Assembly (NCBI GenBank): GCA_040954595.2
Contig: CM082596.2
Location: 9,444,461 to 9,508,460, forward strand
Origin: Balanoglossus misakiensis
Lineage: Eukaryota > Animalia > Hemichordata
Reading direction: 5' to 3'
Length of the DNA stretch: 64,000 nucleotides
Below, piece by piece: positions 1 through 13,057 of this stretch. The notes under the pieces were generated by a model. It had not been told where the DNA came from, did no database searches, and saw nothing but the letters and a program-made list of their open reading frames with translations. Position 1 is the first letter of the stretch, and each line of letters starts with the position of its first letter. The translations under genes were made by a program, and so were the position numbers.

Positions 1-1884
1 TGTCCACTCTCCGTCTGGTTACTTTCAGGCCTGGTTAATGTTGACGCAAAGGTTGACCCCACCAAACACTCAAAATTAATGGGCAGGATACTGTCCACTC
101 TGGCCTTGTTACTGTCTGGCCTGGTTAATGTTGACACAAAGGTTGACCCCACCAAACACTCGAAATTAATGGGCAGGATACTGTCCACTCTGGCCTTGTT
201 ACTGTCTGGCCTGGTTAATGTTGACGCAACGGTTGACCCCACCAAACACTTGAAATTAATGGGCAGAATACTGTCCACTCTCCGTCTGGTTACTTTCAGG
301 CCTGGTTAATGTTGACGCAAAGGTTGACCCAACCAAACACTCGAAATTAATAGGCAGAATACTGTCCACTCTGGCCTTGTTACTGTCTGGCCTGGTTAAT
401 GTTGACGCAAAGGTTGACCCCACCAAACACTCGAAATTAATGGGCAGGATACTGTCCACTCTGGCCTTGTTACTGTCTGGCCTGGTTAATGTTGACGCAA
501 CGGTTGACCCCACCAAACACTTGAAATTAATGGGCAGAATACTGTCCACTCTCCGTCTGGTTACTTTCAGGCCTGGTTAATGTTGACGCAAAGGTTGACC
601 CCACCAAACACTCGAAATTAATGGGCAGGATACTGTCCACTCTGGCCTTGTTACTGTCTGGCCTGGTTAATGTTGACACAAAGGTTGACCCCACCAAACA
701 CTCGAAATTCATGGGCAGAATACTGTCCACTCTGGCCAGGATACTGTCTGGCCTGGTTAATGTTGACACAAAGGTTGACCCCACCAAACACTTGAAATTC
801 ATGGGCAGAATACTGTCCACTCTCCGTCTGGTTACTTTCAGGCCTGGTTAATGTTGACGCAAAGGTTGACCCAACCAAACACTCGAAATTAATAAGCAGA
901 ATACTGTCCACTCTGGCCTTGTAACTGTCTGGCCTGATTAATGTTGACGCAAAGGTTGACCCCACCAAACACTTGAAATTAATGGGCAGAATACTGTCCA
1001 ATCTCCGCCTGGTTACTGTCTGGCCTGGTTAATGTTGACGCAACGGTTGACCCCACCAAACACTCGAAATTAATGGGCAGGATACTGTCCACTCCGGCCT
1101 TGTTACTGTCTGGCCTAGTTAATGTTGACGGAAAGGTTGACCCCACCAAACACTCGAAATTAATGGGCAGAATACTGTCCAATCTCCGTCTGGTTACTGT
1201 CTGGCCTGGTTAATGTTGACGCAAAGGTTGACCCCACCAAACACTCGAAATTAATGTGCAGGATACTGTCCACTCTGGCCTTGTTACTGTCTGGCCTGGT
1301 TAATGTTGACGCAACGGTTGACCCCACCAAACACTTGAAATTAATGGGCAGAATACTGTCCAATCTCCGCCTGGTTACTGTCTGGCCTGGTTAATGTTGA
1401 CGCAACGGTTGACCCCACCAAACACTCGAAATTAATGTGCAGGATACTGTCCACTCCGGCCTTGTTACTGTCTGGCCTAGTTAATGTTGACGGAAAGGTT
1501 GACCCCACCAAACACTCGAAATTAATGGGCAGAATACTGTCCAATCTCCGCCTGGTTACTGTCTGGCCTGGTTAATGTTGACGCAAAGGTTGACCCCACC
1601 AAACACTCGAAATTAATGGGCAGGATACTGTCCACTCTGGCCTTGTTACTGTCTGGCCTGGTTAATGTTGACGCAAAGGTTGACCCCACCAAACACTTGA
1701 AATTCATGGGCAGAATACTGTCCACTCTCCGCCTGGTTACTTTCAGGCCTGGTTAATGTTGACGCAAAGGTTGACCCAACCAAACACTCGAAATTAATAG
1801 GCAGAATACTGTCCACTCTCCGCCTGGTTACTGTCTGGCCTGGTTAATGTTGACGCAACGGTTGACCCCACCAAACACTCAAAA
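1..1884. repeat. 90/91-bp tandem satellite, array 1 (runs off the left edge)
   Basis: Unit ~GGTTAATGTTGACGCAAAGGTTGACCCCACCAAACACTCGAAATTAATGGGCAGAATACTGTCCACTCTGGCCTTGTTACTGTCTGGCCT repeated ~21 times; 91-bp variants (CTCTCCG) create 181- and 271-bp higher-order periods visible in the ORF-track spacing. Confidence 0.97.
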
Positions 1885-3679
1885 CCAGATATTAACTGAA
1901 TATGCTCACGTGCAGTACTGTGATTGGTTGACAGAATAACAAGAACAGAAAAACCAGTGTTAAACCATGTTGGTTTATAGTGTATATGGTGTAAGGGTTG
2001 TGTGTTGCACCATTGTGAAATGTAAACATGTTTGTGGAATTTTTGCCTTGTCAATTTTTGTAAGGGGTTAGGGACGATGTCAAATAACAAAAAATAAGTT
2101 TAGCTTGAAACCCCTGCACTCCCCCTTGTAACCTAATTGTTGAATACTGATCAGTGCCTCTTATTATTTCATTATTGTGACAACTCCATATTTAAACCAT
2201 AACCAGGATAGAAAAGTACACTATCACACATATTGATATTTCGACAATATTTGAATGAAAACATTTCTTTTCAATTCTGAGTTTACATCAGGTCTTGATT
2301 GATTTTTCTGCTTATAGAATAAGAATATGCAATGTAAAGAATTCTCGACTTACTCCACTATTTTGTTCGATGGAACACTTTTTTGGGTCAAAACCCCCAC
2401 CCCCTAAACTTCAAGAAGTAAGATTTTTATCAGACCTGAATCCTTTGACATCGTCCCTTAACTTGGCAAGGGGTACTGGAAATTGAGGTGGTTGTGATGC
2501 AACAGGTGTGCCCTCGTGTGTTAATAGAAGAGAGGATGAAGTCAGTGGGCTAACCATTGCTGTTGAGGGCGCTCTTACATATTCAAGGTTGCAGGTTGAG
2601 CTTTGTATCGTTTGCATTTTAAATAAAATGTGTAGAGCTATGGATGAGATCTAATATCCAACATGGAATAGTAAAAAAGGAGTCTTATACCAGTTCCTGA
2701 ACAAAAAAAATTAACGTCAGATTTGTTTTCTTGATAAAATTTCACTACAGATTGATACGAAATGTGAGAAAAATTGTCCTCTGCTTTCATTATGGTCTTG
2801 CATCATACCCAGGGTTAGTGTAGGTCATTCAAGTTTAATGAGAAAATTTCCTAAAACACCAATTTGAGGTTTCGTAACACATAACACCCATAGGGACTTT
2901 AACACCAAATTTCAGACACAGCAGACAAATACTTTTAGAGAAGTTTTATTGATCAGAACTAACAATTTCCCCAAATAGGGATAAAACACCAAAAAATAGA
3001 AAACTAAAGATCTCTTCACAACAGGTGGTCTACTCAAGGTCCTGCATACCAATTTTCAAAGCAATCCGAACAGCAGTTCTGGAGTCAATTTTCCACATTT
3101 GAGCTTAGTATAATTTGGGCAATGTCACCTTCATTTGAATGAAACTACAGCAGTTCTCAAGTTTTTTTGCAATATATCGATGCTGAATTGTGCTATAAAC
3201 CTGCATTGGTATGTGTACCAAAACAGATGTAGAAAATATCGCTGTTCTACACTAGTGGTTGTAATAATTCAAACATCTGGTAAGAAAATGAATGTGTCCT
3301 ACATTGGCAACAGAATTAGATATCTGGTAGGTAAAAGCTCACATTGGTGTGGATACAAAGTGTGAAGTTGCGTTAATTTTAACAGACACAAGAACAGGAA
3401 CAAAGTAAACAAATTTTAAAAAAGCAACAATTGTCTTAGAACTTACTATGGATGAGAATGGTCTGGAAGACGTACACACCACATATTTTATGCCAGCTAT
3501 ATAAGTGTAGCTCGTATTAGAAATATTGCTGAAAATGGTCTCCCCCCCCAAATACAAATTTGTGGGTTTTCCTACACCTCGATCAAATGATTCATCTCAC
3601 ATCCCGAAAAATGTGCATAGTAAATTTTAAAGCTATTAGGAGTACTCTGATAGAAAAGTGAACTTGACAAAAATGCCTT

Positions 3680-4260
3680 AAAACATAACTTTGCATATTT
3701 TAAGCACATTTAATAAAAACAATCTGATTACTGTTATCCCTGGGTTTCTGAATGCCAAATATCAAAGCCATCCCATGTACAGTATTTTAGGAAGATTTGA
3801 AAAGAATTTCTGAACAAACTGCTTTAAAACAAAAATTATTACTTTTAAAGGACACTTAAAAAAATCTAGTTACTGTTATCCCTAGGCTTCTGAATACCTA
3901 ATATCAAGCCATCTGATGTGCAGTATTTTAGGAAGATTTCAAAGGAACTGAGCAAACAGCCTTAAAACACAAATGTGCATATTTTAAGCACACTGAAAAA
4001 AACTCTATTCACTGTCATTCCTGGGCTTTTGAATACCTAATATCAAAGCTGTCCAATGTGCATTTTTTTGGAGGAGAGTTCAAATGAATTAATGAACAAA
4101 CTGCCTCAAAACACAAATGTACATATTTTAAGCACACTTTTAAAAAATCTTATTACTGTCATTCCTGTGTCTGGGTACCAAATATCAAAGTCGTCTGATG
4201 TGCACGTTTGATGAAAAAGACTTCTAAAATATTTTTGAAGAAACTATCTTAAATTCTAAT
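3680..4260. repeat. Degenerate ~141-bp tandem repeat, about 4 units (second copy at ~14853-15433)
   Basis: Motif TTACTGTTATCCCT/TCACTGTCATTCCT...AATATCAAAG recurs near 3728, 3870, 4008 and 4152. Confidence 0.7.
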
Positions 4261-4389
4261 GTCCAACGAGTTCGTGTGGGTAACAAAACTGAAACTATTC
4301 ACCACTCTAATAGTGGCTGAAAACATTGAAATCCTAGCAATGCGCCTGCAGAGTCATTGTAAAAGAATGTGATGTATGGTAGGGAAAGC

Positions 4390-6896
4390 TCAGCGTTTGC
4401 CCTTGCTAGGTTTGGTTCTGTACCTGGAAATAAGAGGCAAATAATTACATTGTAAGAATGGGTGATAAAAATAATCTAATGTTTGCAACCTGACTGATAT
4501 TCATTGTCAAGCAACTTTAAGATGTCTGGAGATCTTGAAATATTTATTTCAGGACAATTTGGTTACATCTTACTAATACAATCTCCAAGATCCTACACAC
4601 CAAACTTGAAAGAAATCTGATAAGTGGATTCAGAGAAAATGATTTGGTCAAAAAACGGAAAGAATTGCCCTCAAGAGAGAATTATTCAAAGTTCACTACA
4701 ATTTTAAGCGAGTAAGGAAATCTCTAGGAAGCTTGCAAACGAAGTTTCAAAGCAATTGGACCATTGGTTTCAGATATTTTTAACAAACAAAGAATGGCAA
4801 AATTTGCTCCAAAAATCCAATCATGCATATGTCAGGACAATCTGAAAACATGTTACTGAAAATATCCATAGAAACCTGTACACCATGACAGACATTCCAC
4901 CAATGTGATGAGCTCAGTTGTCACCGACAGCAGACCGAAAAAGTAGTTTTACCTCAATTGTACAACTGTTCCGTTGTCTTTCTTGTATACAATCTGCACT
5001 GGCAGTTTGGATATAATGTTCTCTTCGGAGCCAAGGGAACTGATATCTGCCTTGTATGGCGTGTACACACCATCTATGACCAGACATCTGTGGAAGAGAA
5101 AAAAAAGTTCGCGCATTTTTTGGATGAACTTTTTGAAAGGGGAAGACAACACAGCTATGATTTTCTTCACATGTCCCAAGGAAAGCCAAGTTGGTTTGTG
5201 CCAAATACTAAAATGTTATGATTTAAGTATTTTCAATGGATGTGAAATTGACAATATACAACTTGGTTGTAAAAGTGAAATTTTTAATCATAACCAGGTT
5301 ATACTACTGGTCAGAACAGAGTGCATGATCGTGTATTAATAGTATTTTTGGCAGATGAGATCACCATCAGACGTTGTCCAATATGAAGAATTTAAATTTG
5401 GTGTCGTTTGTCCAGTAGTTTAGCCAAAGATAACGCCACACTGACATGTGTGGAAGTGATAATGAAGATGTACTAACTTCTCGTCTGTGTCTATTCCTTG
5501 AAGTGTACCATTTGCCTCAAGAATTTCAGCATCATCTTCTATAGTCTGAAAATAAGTATGAGACATATTAGTGAATCTGAAATATCTGTATAGTAGTGTT
5601 GATAGTGTGTAGTGACTGTTAGAAAACACATTAAAGCCCCAGTATTTCTCATTTTGACAATTTTTCATCATCAAAAATTTCCTGTTTTTTCCGCATTCAT
5701 CTTGGAATACTAGATAATGAAGATATTAGCAAGATTTGTGCTGCTGTAACTATGTGCAAACCCTAAATATTGCCTGTAAAATTTGAAATGACCGACAGGT
5801 TTGTTTACAACAGAAATGGTGCATATGTGAATTTTTGCGAGTTTCTTCAAAAATTTACTAGATTTGGGACAATCAAACCTCTTCAGTGTGGGTTCTATAA
5901 ATGTTATGCATGGCTGAATCTGTGTACATTTAGTTGTATAGGCACAGCAGGGGTTAGATTGGATTCCATGTGTCAACAAAGCCTGACTTTCTGTCCGGAC
6001 AGAAAGTCATTTTCAATTGTTATATTGAAAAGTATATACATTTGTGAGCAGGGCTGGTCATAAAAACTGTGAGAGTCATTATCAATTATTATCTACTTTT
6101 AGAAATTGAAGATATTTCAAACAAAAATATGTCGAAACAAGAAATACTGAGGCTGAATTTTGACAGTGGATGAATACTGACCTTTATTTTTGTGGAGACT
6201 GTGCTATTGACATGATTGACATCCTTGTACTTGTCTACGATTACTGGTCCAATTTTCCCTTTTGCACCTTCTCTGACTTGCAGGTCACACTGTTTGCCCC
6301 AAAGGTTCATTTGCATTGACCTCAAACCATCTGTTAAAACGATATCTCTTCTACGTGTTTTATTTGTTGTTTGCTGTTCGTGCGAAACCTAAATGTAAAG
6401 AAATTAAATTCCAAGGTGATACTGTGCAATGGAAATGTGTCTTGACTGGTACAAGTAATGCTAGTCAATTGGTGAAATAAGAGTAAGAAAAGGTGTTGTT
6501 TAGTATGGTAAGTTTACAGTTATTGATGTGAAATTAAATTATTCTCACCGAAGCATTTTCTGCCTGTATAATTTTGGATGACAATCAGAAATCATCAAGA
6601 TAAGAATTTTAACCTGCAATGTTGTAGAAATTAGTCATCACTGTGAGGAATCATGGGGAGAACAGTCAATTTGCATAGAAATCTATTGGGGGAAAGTAGG
6701 CGTTATTGTCTGAGTAAACAAAATATTTTGTCATAATGTGTGCATATGTGATTACCTTATCAATTCTAGCCACAACACTGACCCTCCTTTTTCGAGGCGA
6801 GTGCTGTAAATCAGCTAGTGGGACCTCCTCTGGTTCATTGAATAGTTTCTCCTGTTCTTTTTCAACTTTGAATGCATTGTTCCCAGTACGGGCAAT
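4390..6896 (-). pseudogene. 5'-truncated copy (exons 2-6) of the Helentron OB-fold gene
   Basis: Exons 6896-6756, 6388-6182, 5545-5478, 5087-4953, 4423-4390 correspond to those of the copy at 15563-18064; exon 1 and promoter are absent because the duplication stops at 7256 (inside intron 1). Confidence 0.75.
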
Positions 6897-7256
6897 CTAC
6901 GGCAAAAAGGAAAAAAATCAATTAAAATGTAAAGCGATATTATTTGAAGATTACAACATGTAAGTGAAAATTCGGGAATGGGTCATGAAATAAATCTCGT
7001 TTTTGAATAAATTAGGGGCAAGATCTAAAGTTCAATAAACGTAACTTAATTGTTTAAAAGTTTGGTCTCAGACCCACCCCCCACTCTAACTAAACAGACC
7101 GAAAATTGAAAAACATTCGAAGCGTACCCTGCATTAATTCTTTCAGACAGCGTACTATTAAATTGAGTGAAAACAGAAAACCATTATTAATTGACAAAAA
7201 TATTCATATTGCAACACAACAAAAAGCAGTCTTGAAATCTTTCGTTTTGCCAAAAA

Positions 7257-10200
7257 CCCCACCGAACACTCAAAATTAATGGGCAGCACACTGTCTACTC
7301 TGGCCTGGTTACTGTCTGGCCTGGTTAATGTTGACGCAAAGGTTGACCCCACTAAACACTCAAAATTAATGGGCAGAATACTGTCCACTCTGGCCTGGTT
7401 AATGTGTGCTCTGGTTAATGTTGACGCACAGGTTGACCCCACCAAACACTCAAAATTAATGGGCAGCATACTGTCCACTCTGGCCTGGTTACTGTCTGGC
7501 CTGGTTAATGTTGACGCAAAGGTTGACCCCACTAAACACTCAAAATTAATGGGCAGAATACTGTCCACTCTGGCCTGGTTAATGTGTGCTCTGGTTAATG
7601 TTGACGCAAAGGTTGACCCCTACCAAACACTCAAAATTAATGGGCAGCATACTGTCCACTCTGGCCTTGTTACTGTGTGCTCTGGTTAATGTTGACACAA
7701 AGGTTGACCCCACCAAACACTCAAAATTAATGGGCAGCATACTGTCCACTCTGGCCTGGTTACTGTCTGGCCTGGTTAATGTTGACGCAAAGGTTGACCC
7801 CACCAAACACTCGAAATTCATGGGCAGGATACTGTCCACTCTGGCCTTGTTACTGTCTGGCCTGGTTAATGTTGACACAAAGGTTGACCCCACCAAACAC
7901 TCGAAATTAATGGGCAGGATACTGTCCACTCTGGCCTTGTTACTGTCTGGCCTGGTTAATGTTGACGCAACGGTTGACCCCACCAAACACTTGAAATTAA
8001 TGGGCAGAATACTGTCCACTCTCCGTCTGGTTACTTTCAGGCCTGGTTAATGTTGACGCAAAGGTTGACCCAACCAAACACTCGAAATTAATAGGCAGAA
8101 TACTGTCCACTCTGGCCTTGTTACTGTCTGGCCTGGTTAATGTTGACGCAAAGGTTGACCCCACCAAACACTCGAAATTAATGGGCAGGATACTGTCCAC
8201 TCTGGCCTTGTTACTGTCTGGCCTGGTTAATGTTGACGCAACGGTTGACCCCACCAAACACTTGAAATTAATGGGCAGAATACTGTCCACTCTCCGTCTG
8301 GTTACTTTCAGGCCTGGTTAATGTTGACGCAAAGGTTGACCCCACCAAACACTCGAAATTAATGGGCAGGATACTGTCCACTCTGGCCTTGTTACTGTCT
8401 GGCCTGGTTAATGTTGACACAAAGGTTGACCCAACCAAACACTCGAAATTCATGGGCAGAATACTGTCCACTCTGGCCAGGATACTGTCTGGCCTGGTTA
8501 ATGTTGACGCAAAGGTTGACCCCACCAAACACTTGAAATTCATGGGCAGAATACTGTCCACTCTCCGTCTGGTTACTTTCAGGCCTGGTTAATGTTGACG
8601 CAAAGGTTGACCCAACCAAACACTCGAAATTAATAGGCAGAATACTGTCCACTCTGGCCTTGTAACTGTCTGGCCTGATTAATGTTGACGCAAAGGTTGA
8701 CCCCACCAAACACTTGAAATTAATGGGCAGAATACTGTCCAATCTCCGCCTGGTTACTGTCTGGCCTGGTTAATGTTGACGCAACGGTTGACCCCACCAA
8801 ACACTCGAAATTAATGGGCAGGATACTGTCCACTCCGGCCTTGTTACTGTCTGGCCTAGTTAATGTTGACGGAAAGGTTGACCCCACCAAACACTCGAAA
8901 TTAATGGGCAGAATACTGTCCAATCTCCGCCTGGTTACTGTCTGGCCTGGTTAATGTTGACGCAAAGGTTGACCCCACCAAACACTCGAAATTAATGGGC
9001 AGGATACTGTCCACTCTGGCCTTGTTACTGTCTGGCCTGGTTAATGTTGACGCAACGGTTGACCCCACCAAACACTTGAAATTAATGGGCAGAATACTGT
9101 CCAATCTCCGCCTGGTTACTGTCTGGCCTGGTTAATGTTGACGCAAGGGTTGACCCCACCAAACACTCGAAATTAATGTGCAGGATACTGTCCACTCCAG
9201 CCTTGTTACTGTCTGGCCTGGTTAATGTTGACGCAAAGGTTGACCCCACCAAACACTCGAAATTAATGGGCAGGATACTGTCCACTCTGGCCTTGTTACT
9301 GTCTGGCCTGGTTAATGTTGACGCAAAGGTTGACCCCACCAAACACTAGAAATTCATGGGCAGAATACTGTCCACTCTCCGCCTGGTTACTTTCAGGCCT
9401 GGTTAATGTTGACGCAACGGTTGACCCCACCAAACACTCGAAATTAATGGGCAGGATACTGTCCACTCCGGCCTTGTTACTGTCTGGCCTAGTTAATGTT
9501 GACGGAAAGGTTGACCCCACCAAACACTCGAAATTAATGGGCAGAATACTGTCCAATCTCCGCCTGGTTACTGTCTGGCCTGGTTAATGTTGACGCAAAG
9601 GTTGACCCCACCAAACACTCGAAATTAATGGGCAGGATACTGTCCACTCTGGCCTTGTTACTGTCTGGCCTGGTTAATGTTGACGCAACGGTTGACCCCA
9701 CCAAACACTTGAAATTAATGGGCAGAATACTGTCCAATCTCCGCCTGGTTACTGTCTGGCCTGGTTAATGTTGACGCAACGGTTGACCCCACCAAACACT
9801 CGAAATTAATGTGCAGGATACTGTCCACTCCGGCCTTGTTACTGTCTGGCCTGGTTAATGTTGACGCAAAGGTTGACCCCACCAAACACTTGAAATTCAT
9901 GGGCAGAATACTGTCCACTCTCCGCCTGGTTACTTTCAGGCCTGGTTAATGTTGACGCAAAGGTTGACCCAACCAAACACTCGAAATTAATAGGCAGAAT
10001 ACTGTCCACTCTCCGCCTGGTTACTGTCTGGCCTGGTTAATGTTGACGCAACGGTTGACCCCACCAAACACTCAAAATTAATAGGCAGAATACTGTCCAC
10101 TCTGGCCTTGTAACTGTCTGGCCTGATTAATGTTGACGCAAAGGTTGACCCCACCAAACACTTGAAATTAATGGGCAGAATACTGTCCAATCTCCGCCTG

Positions 10201-13057
10201 GTTACTGTCTGGCCTGGTTAATGTTGACGCAACGGTTGACCCCACCAAACACTCGAAATTAATGGGCAGGATACTGTCCACTCCGGCCTTGTTACTGTCT
10301 GGCCTAGTTAATGTTGACGGAAAGGTTGACCCCACCAAACACTCGAAATTAATGGGCAGAATACTGTCCAATCTCCGCCTGGTTACTGTCTGGCCTGGTT
10401 AATGTTGACGCAAAGGTTGACCCCACCAAACACTCGAAATTAATGGGCAGGATACTGTCCACTCTGGCCTTGTTACTGTCTGGCCTGGTTAATGTTGACG
10501 CAACGGTTGACCCCACCAAACACTTGAAATTAATGGGCAGAATACTGTCCAATCTCCGCCTGGTTACTGTCTGGCCTGGTTAATGTTGACGCAACGGTTG
10601 ACCCCACCAAACACTCGAAATTAATGTGCAGGATACTGTCCACTCCGGCCTTGTTACTGTCTGGCCTGGTTAATGTTGACGCAAAGGTTGACCCCACCAA
10701 ACACTCGAAATTAATGGGCAGGATACTGTCCACTCTGGCCTTGTTACTGTCTGGCCTGGTTAATGTTGACGCAAAGGTTGACCCCACCAAACACTAGAAA
10801 TTCATGGGCAGAATACTGTCCACTCTCCGCCTGGTTACTTTCAGGCCTGGTTAATGTTGACGCAAAGGTTGACCCCACCAAACACTCGAAATTAATGGGC
10901 AGGATACTGTCCACTCTGGCCTTGTTACTGTCTGGCCTGGTTAATGTTGACGCAAAGGTTGACCCCACCAAACACTAGAAATTCATGGGCAGAATACTGT
11001 CCACTCTCCGCCTGGTTACTTTCAGGCCTGGTTAATGTTGACGCAAAGGTTGACCCAACCAAACACTCGAAATTAATAGGCAGAATACTGTCCACTCTCC
11101 GCCTGGTTACTGTCTGGCCTTGTTAATGTTGACGCAACGGATGACCCCACCAAACACTCGAAATTAATGGGCAGAATACTGTCCACTCTCCGCCTGGTTA
11201 CTTTCAGGCCGGGTTAATGTTGACGCAAAGGTTGACCCAACCAAACACTAAAAATTAATGGGCAGGATACTGTCAACTCTGGCCGTGTTACTGTCTGGCC
11301 TGGTTAATGTTGACGCAACGGTTGACCCCACCAAACACTCGAAATTAATGGGCAGAATACTGTCCACTCTCCGCCTGGTTACTGTCTGGCCTGGTTAATG
11401 TTGACGCAAAGGTTGACCCAACCAAACACTCGAAATTAATGGGCAGAATACTGTCCACTCTGGCCTTGTTACTGTCTGGCCTGGTTAATGTTGACGCAAA
11501 GGTTGACCCCACCAAACACTCGAAATTAATGGGCAGAATACTGTCCACTCTGTCCTGGTTACTGTCTTGCCTGGTTAATGTTGACGCAAAGGTTGACCCC
11601 ACCAAACACTCGAAATTAATTGGCAGAATACTGTCCACTCTGGTCTTGTTACTGTCTGGCCTGGTTAATGTTGACGCAAAGGTTGACCCCACCAAACACT
11701 CGAAATTAATGGGCAGAATACTGTCCAATCTCCGCCTGGTTACTGTCTGTCCTGGTTAATGTTGACGCAACGGTTGACCCCACCAAACACTCGAAATTAA
11801 TGGGCAGCATACTGTCCACTCTGGCCTGGTTACTGTGTGCTGTGGTTAATGTTGACACACAGAATGACCCTACTAAACATTCAAAATTAATGGGTAGCAT
11901 ACTGTCCACTCTTGCCTGGTTACTGTGTGCTCTGGTTAATGTTGACGGAAAGGTTGACCCCACCAAACACTCACAATTAATGGGCAGCATACTGTAGACT
12001 CTGGCCTGGTTACTGTGTGCTCTGGTTAATGTTGACACAAAGGTTGACCCCACCAAATACTAAAAATTAATGGGCAGCATACTGTCCACTCTGGCCTGGT
12101 TTCTATCTGGCCTGGTTAATGTTGACACAAAGGTTGACCCCACCGAACACTCAAAATTAATGGGCAGCACACTGTCTACTCTGGCCTGGTTACTGTGTGC
12201 TCTGGTTAATGTTGACGCACAGGTTGACCCCACCAAACACTCAAAATTAATGGGCAGCATACTGTCCACTCTGGCCTGGTTACTGTCTGGCCTGGTTAAT
12301 GTTGACGCAAAGGTTGACCCCACTAAACACTCAAAATTAATGGGCAGAATACTGTCCACTCTGGCCTGGTTAATGTGTGCTCTGGTTAATGTTGACGCAA
12401 AGGTTGACCCCTACCAAACACTCAAAATTAATGGGCAGCATACTGTCCACTCTGGCCTTGTTACTGTGTGGTCTGGTTAATGTTGACACAAAGGTTGACC
12501 CCACCAAACACTCAAAATTAATGGGCAGCATACTGTCCACTCTTGCCTGGTTACTGTGTGCTCTGGTTAATGTTGACACAAAGGTTGACCCCACAAAACA
12601 CTCAAAATTAATGGGCAACATACTGTCCACTCTGGCCTGGTAACTGTGTGCTCTGGTTAATGTTGACACAAAGGTTGACCCCACCAAACACTCAAAATAA
12701 ATGGGCAGCATACTGTCCACTCTTGCCTGGTTACTGTGTGCTCTGGTTAATGTTGACACACAGGTTGTCCCCACCAAACACTCAAAATTAATGGGCAACA
12801 TACTGCCCACTCTGGCCTGGTTACTGTGTGCTCTGGTTAATGTTGACGCAAAGGTTGACCCCACCAATCACTCAAAATTAATGGGCAGCATACTGTCCAC
12901 TCTGGCCTGGTTACTGTGTGCTCTGGTTAATGTTGACGGAAAGGTTGACCCCACCAAACACTCAAAATTAATGGGCAGCATACTGTCCACTCTGGCCTGG
13001 TTATTGTGTGCTCTGGTTAATTTTGACGCAATGGTTGACCCCACCAAACACTCAAAA
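7257..13057. repeat. 90/91-bp tandem satellite, array 2 (~64 units)
   Basis: Same unit as 1-1884. Edge units carry the variants TGTGTGCTCTGG/GCAGCAT; central units carry TGTCTGGCCTGG with 181/271-bp higher-order structure. Confidence 0.97.

Larger units (their letters stand above)
1885..7256 (-). mobile_element. Duplicated 3' terminal 5.4 kb of the Helentron (copy A)
   Basis: Matches 13058-18424 (offset 11173, then 11168 after a 5-bp indel near 5680); ORF-track peptides are identical between copies. Begins with the same terminal motif CCAGATATTAACTGAATATGCTCACGTG and ends abruptly at GCCAAAAA, joined to satellite. Confidence 0.92.

Noticed and set aside
2411-2617. Third Helentron gene (MQTIQSSTCNL..., also 13584-13790)
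   Set aside because: Short, no recognisable motif, weak donor and no downstream exon found.
1-13057. CRISPR array or repeat-protein gene in the 90-bp arrays
   Set aside because: No unique spacers and no cas genes; ORFs arise because 90 is divisible by 3 and are broken by 91-bp units and stops on both strands.
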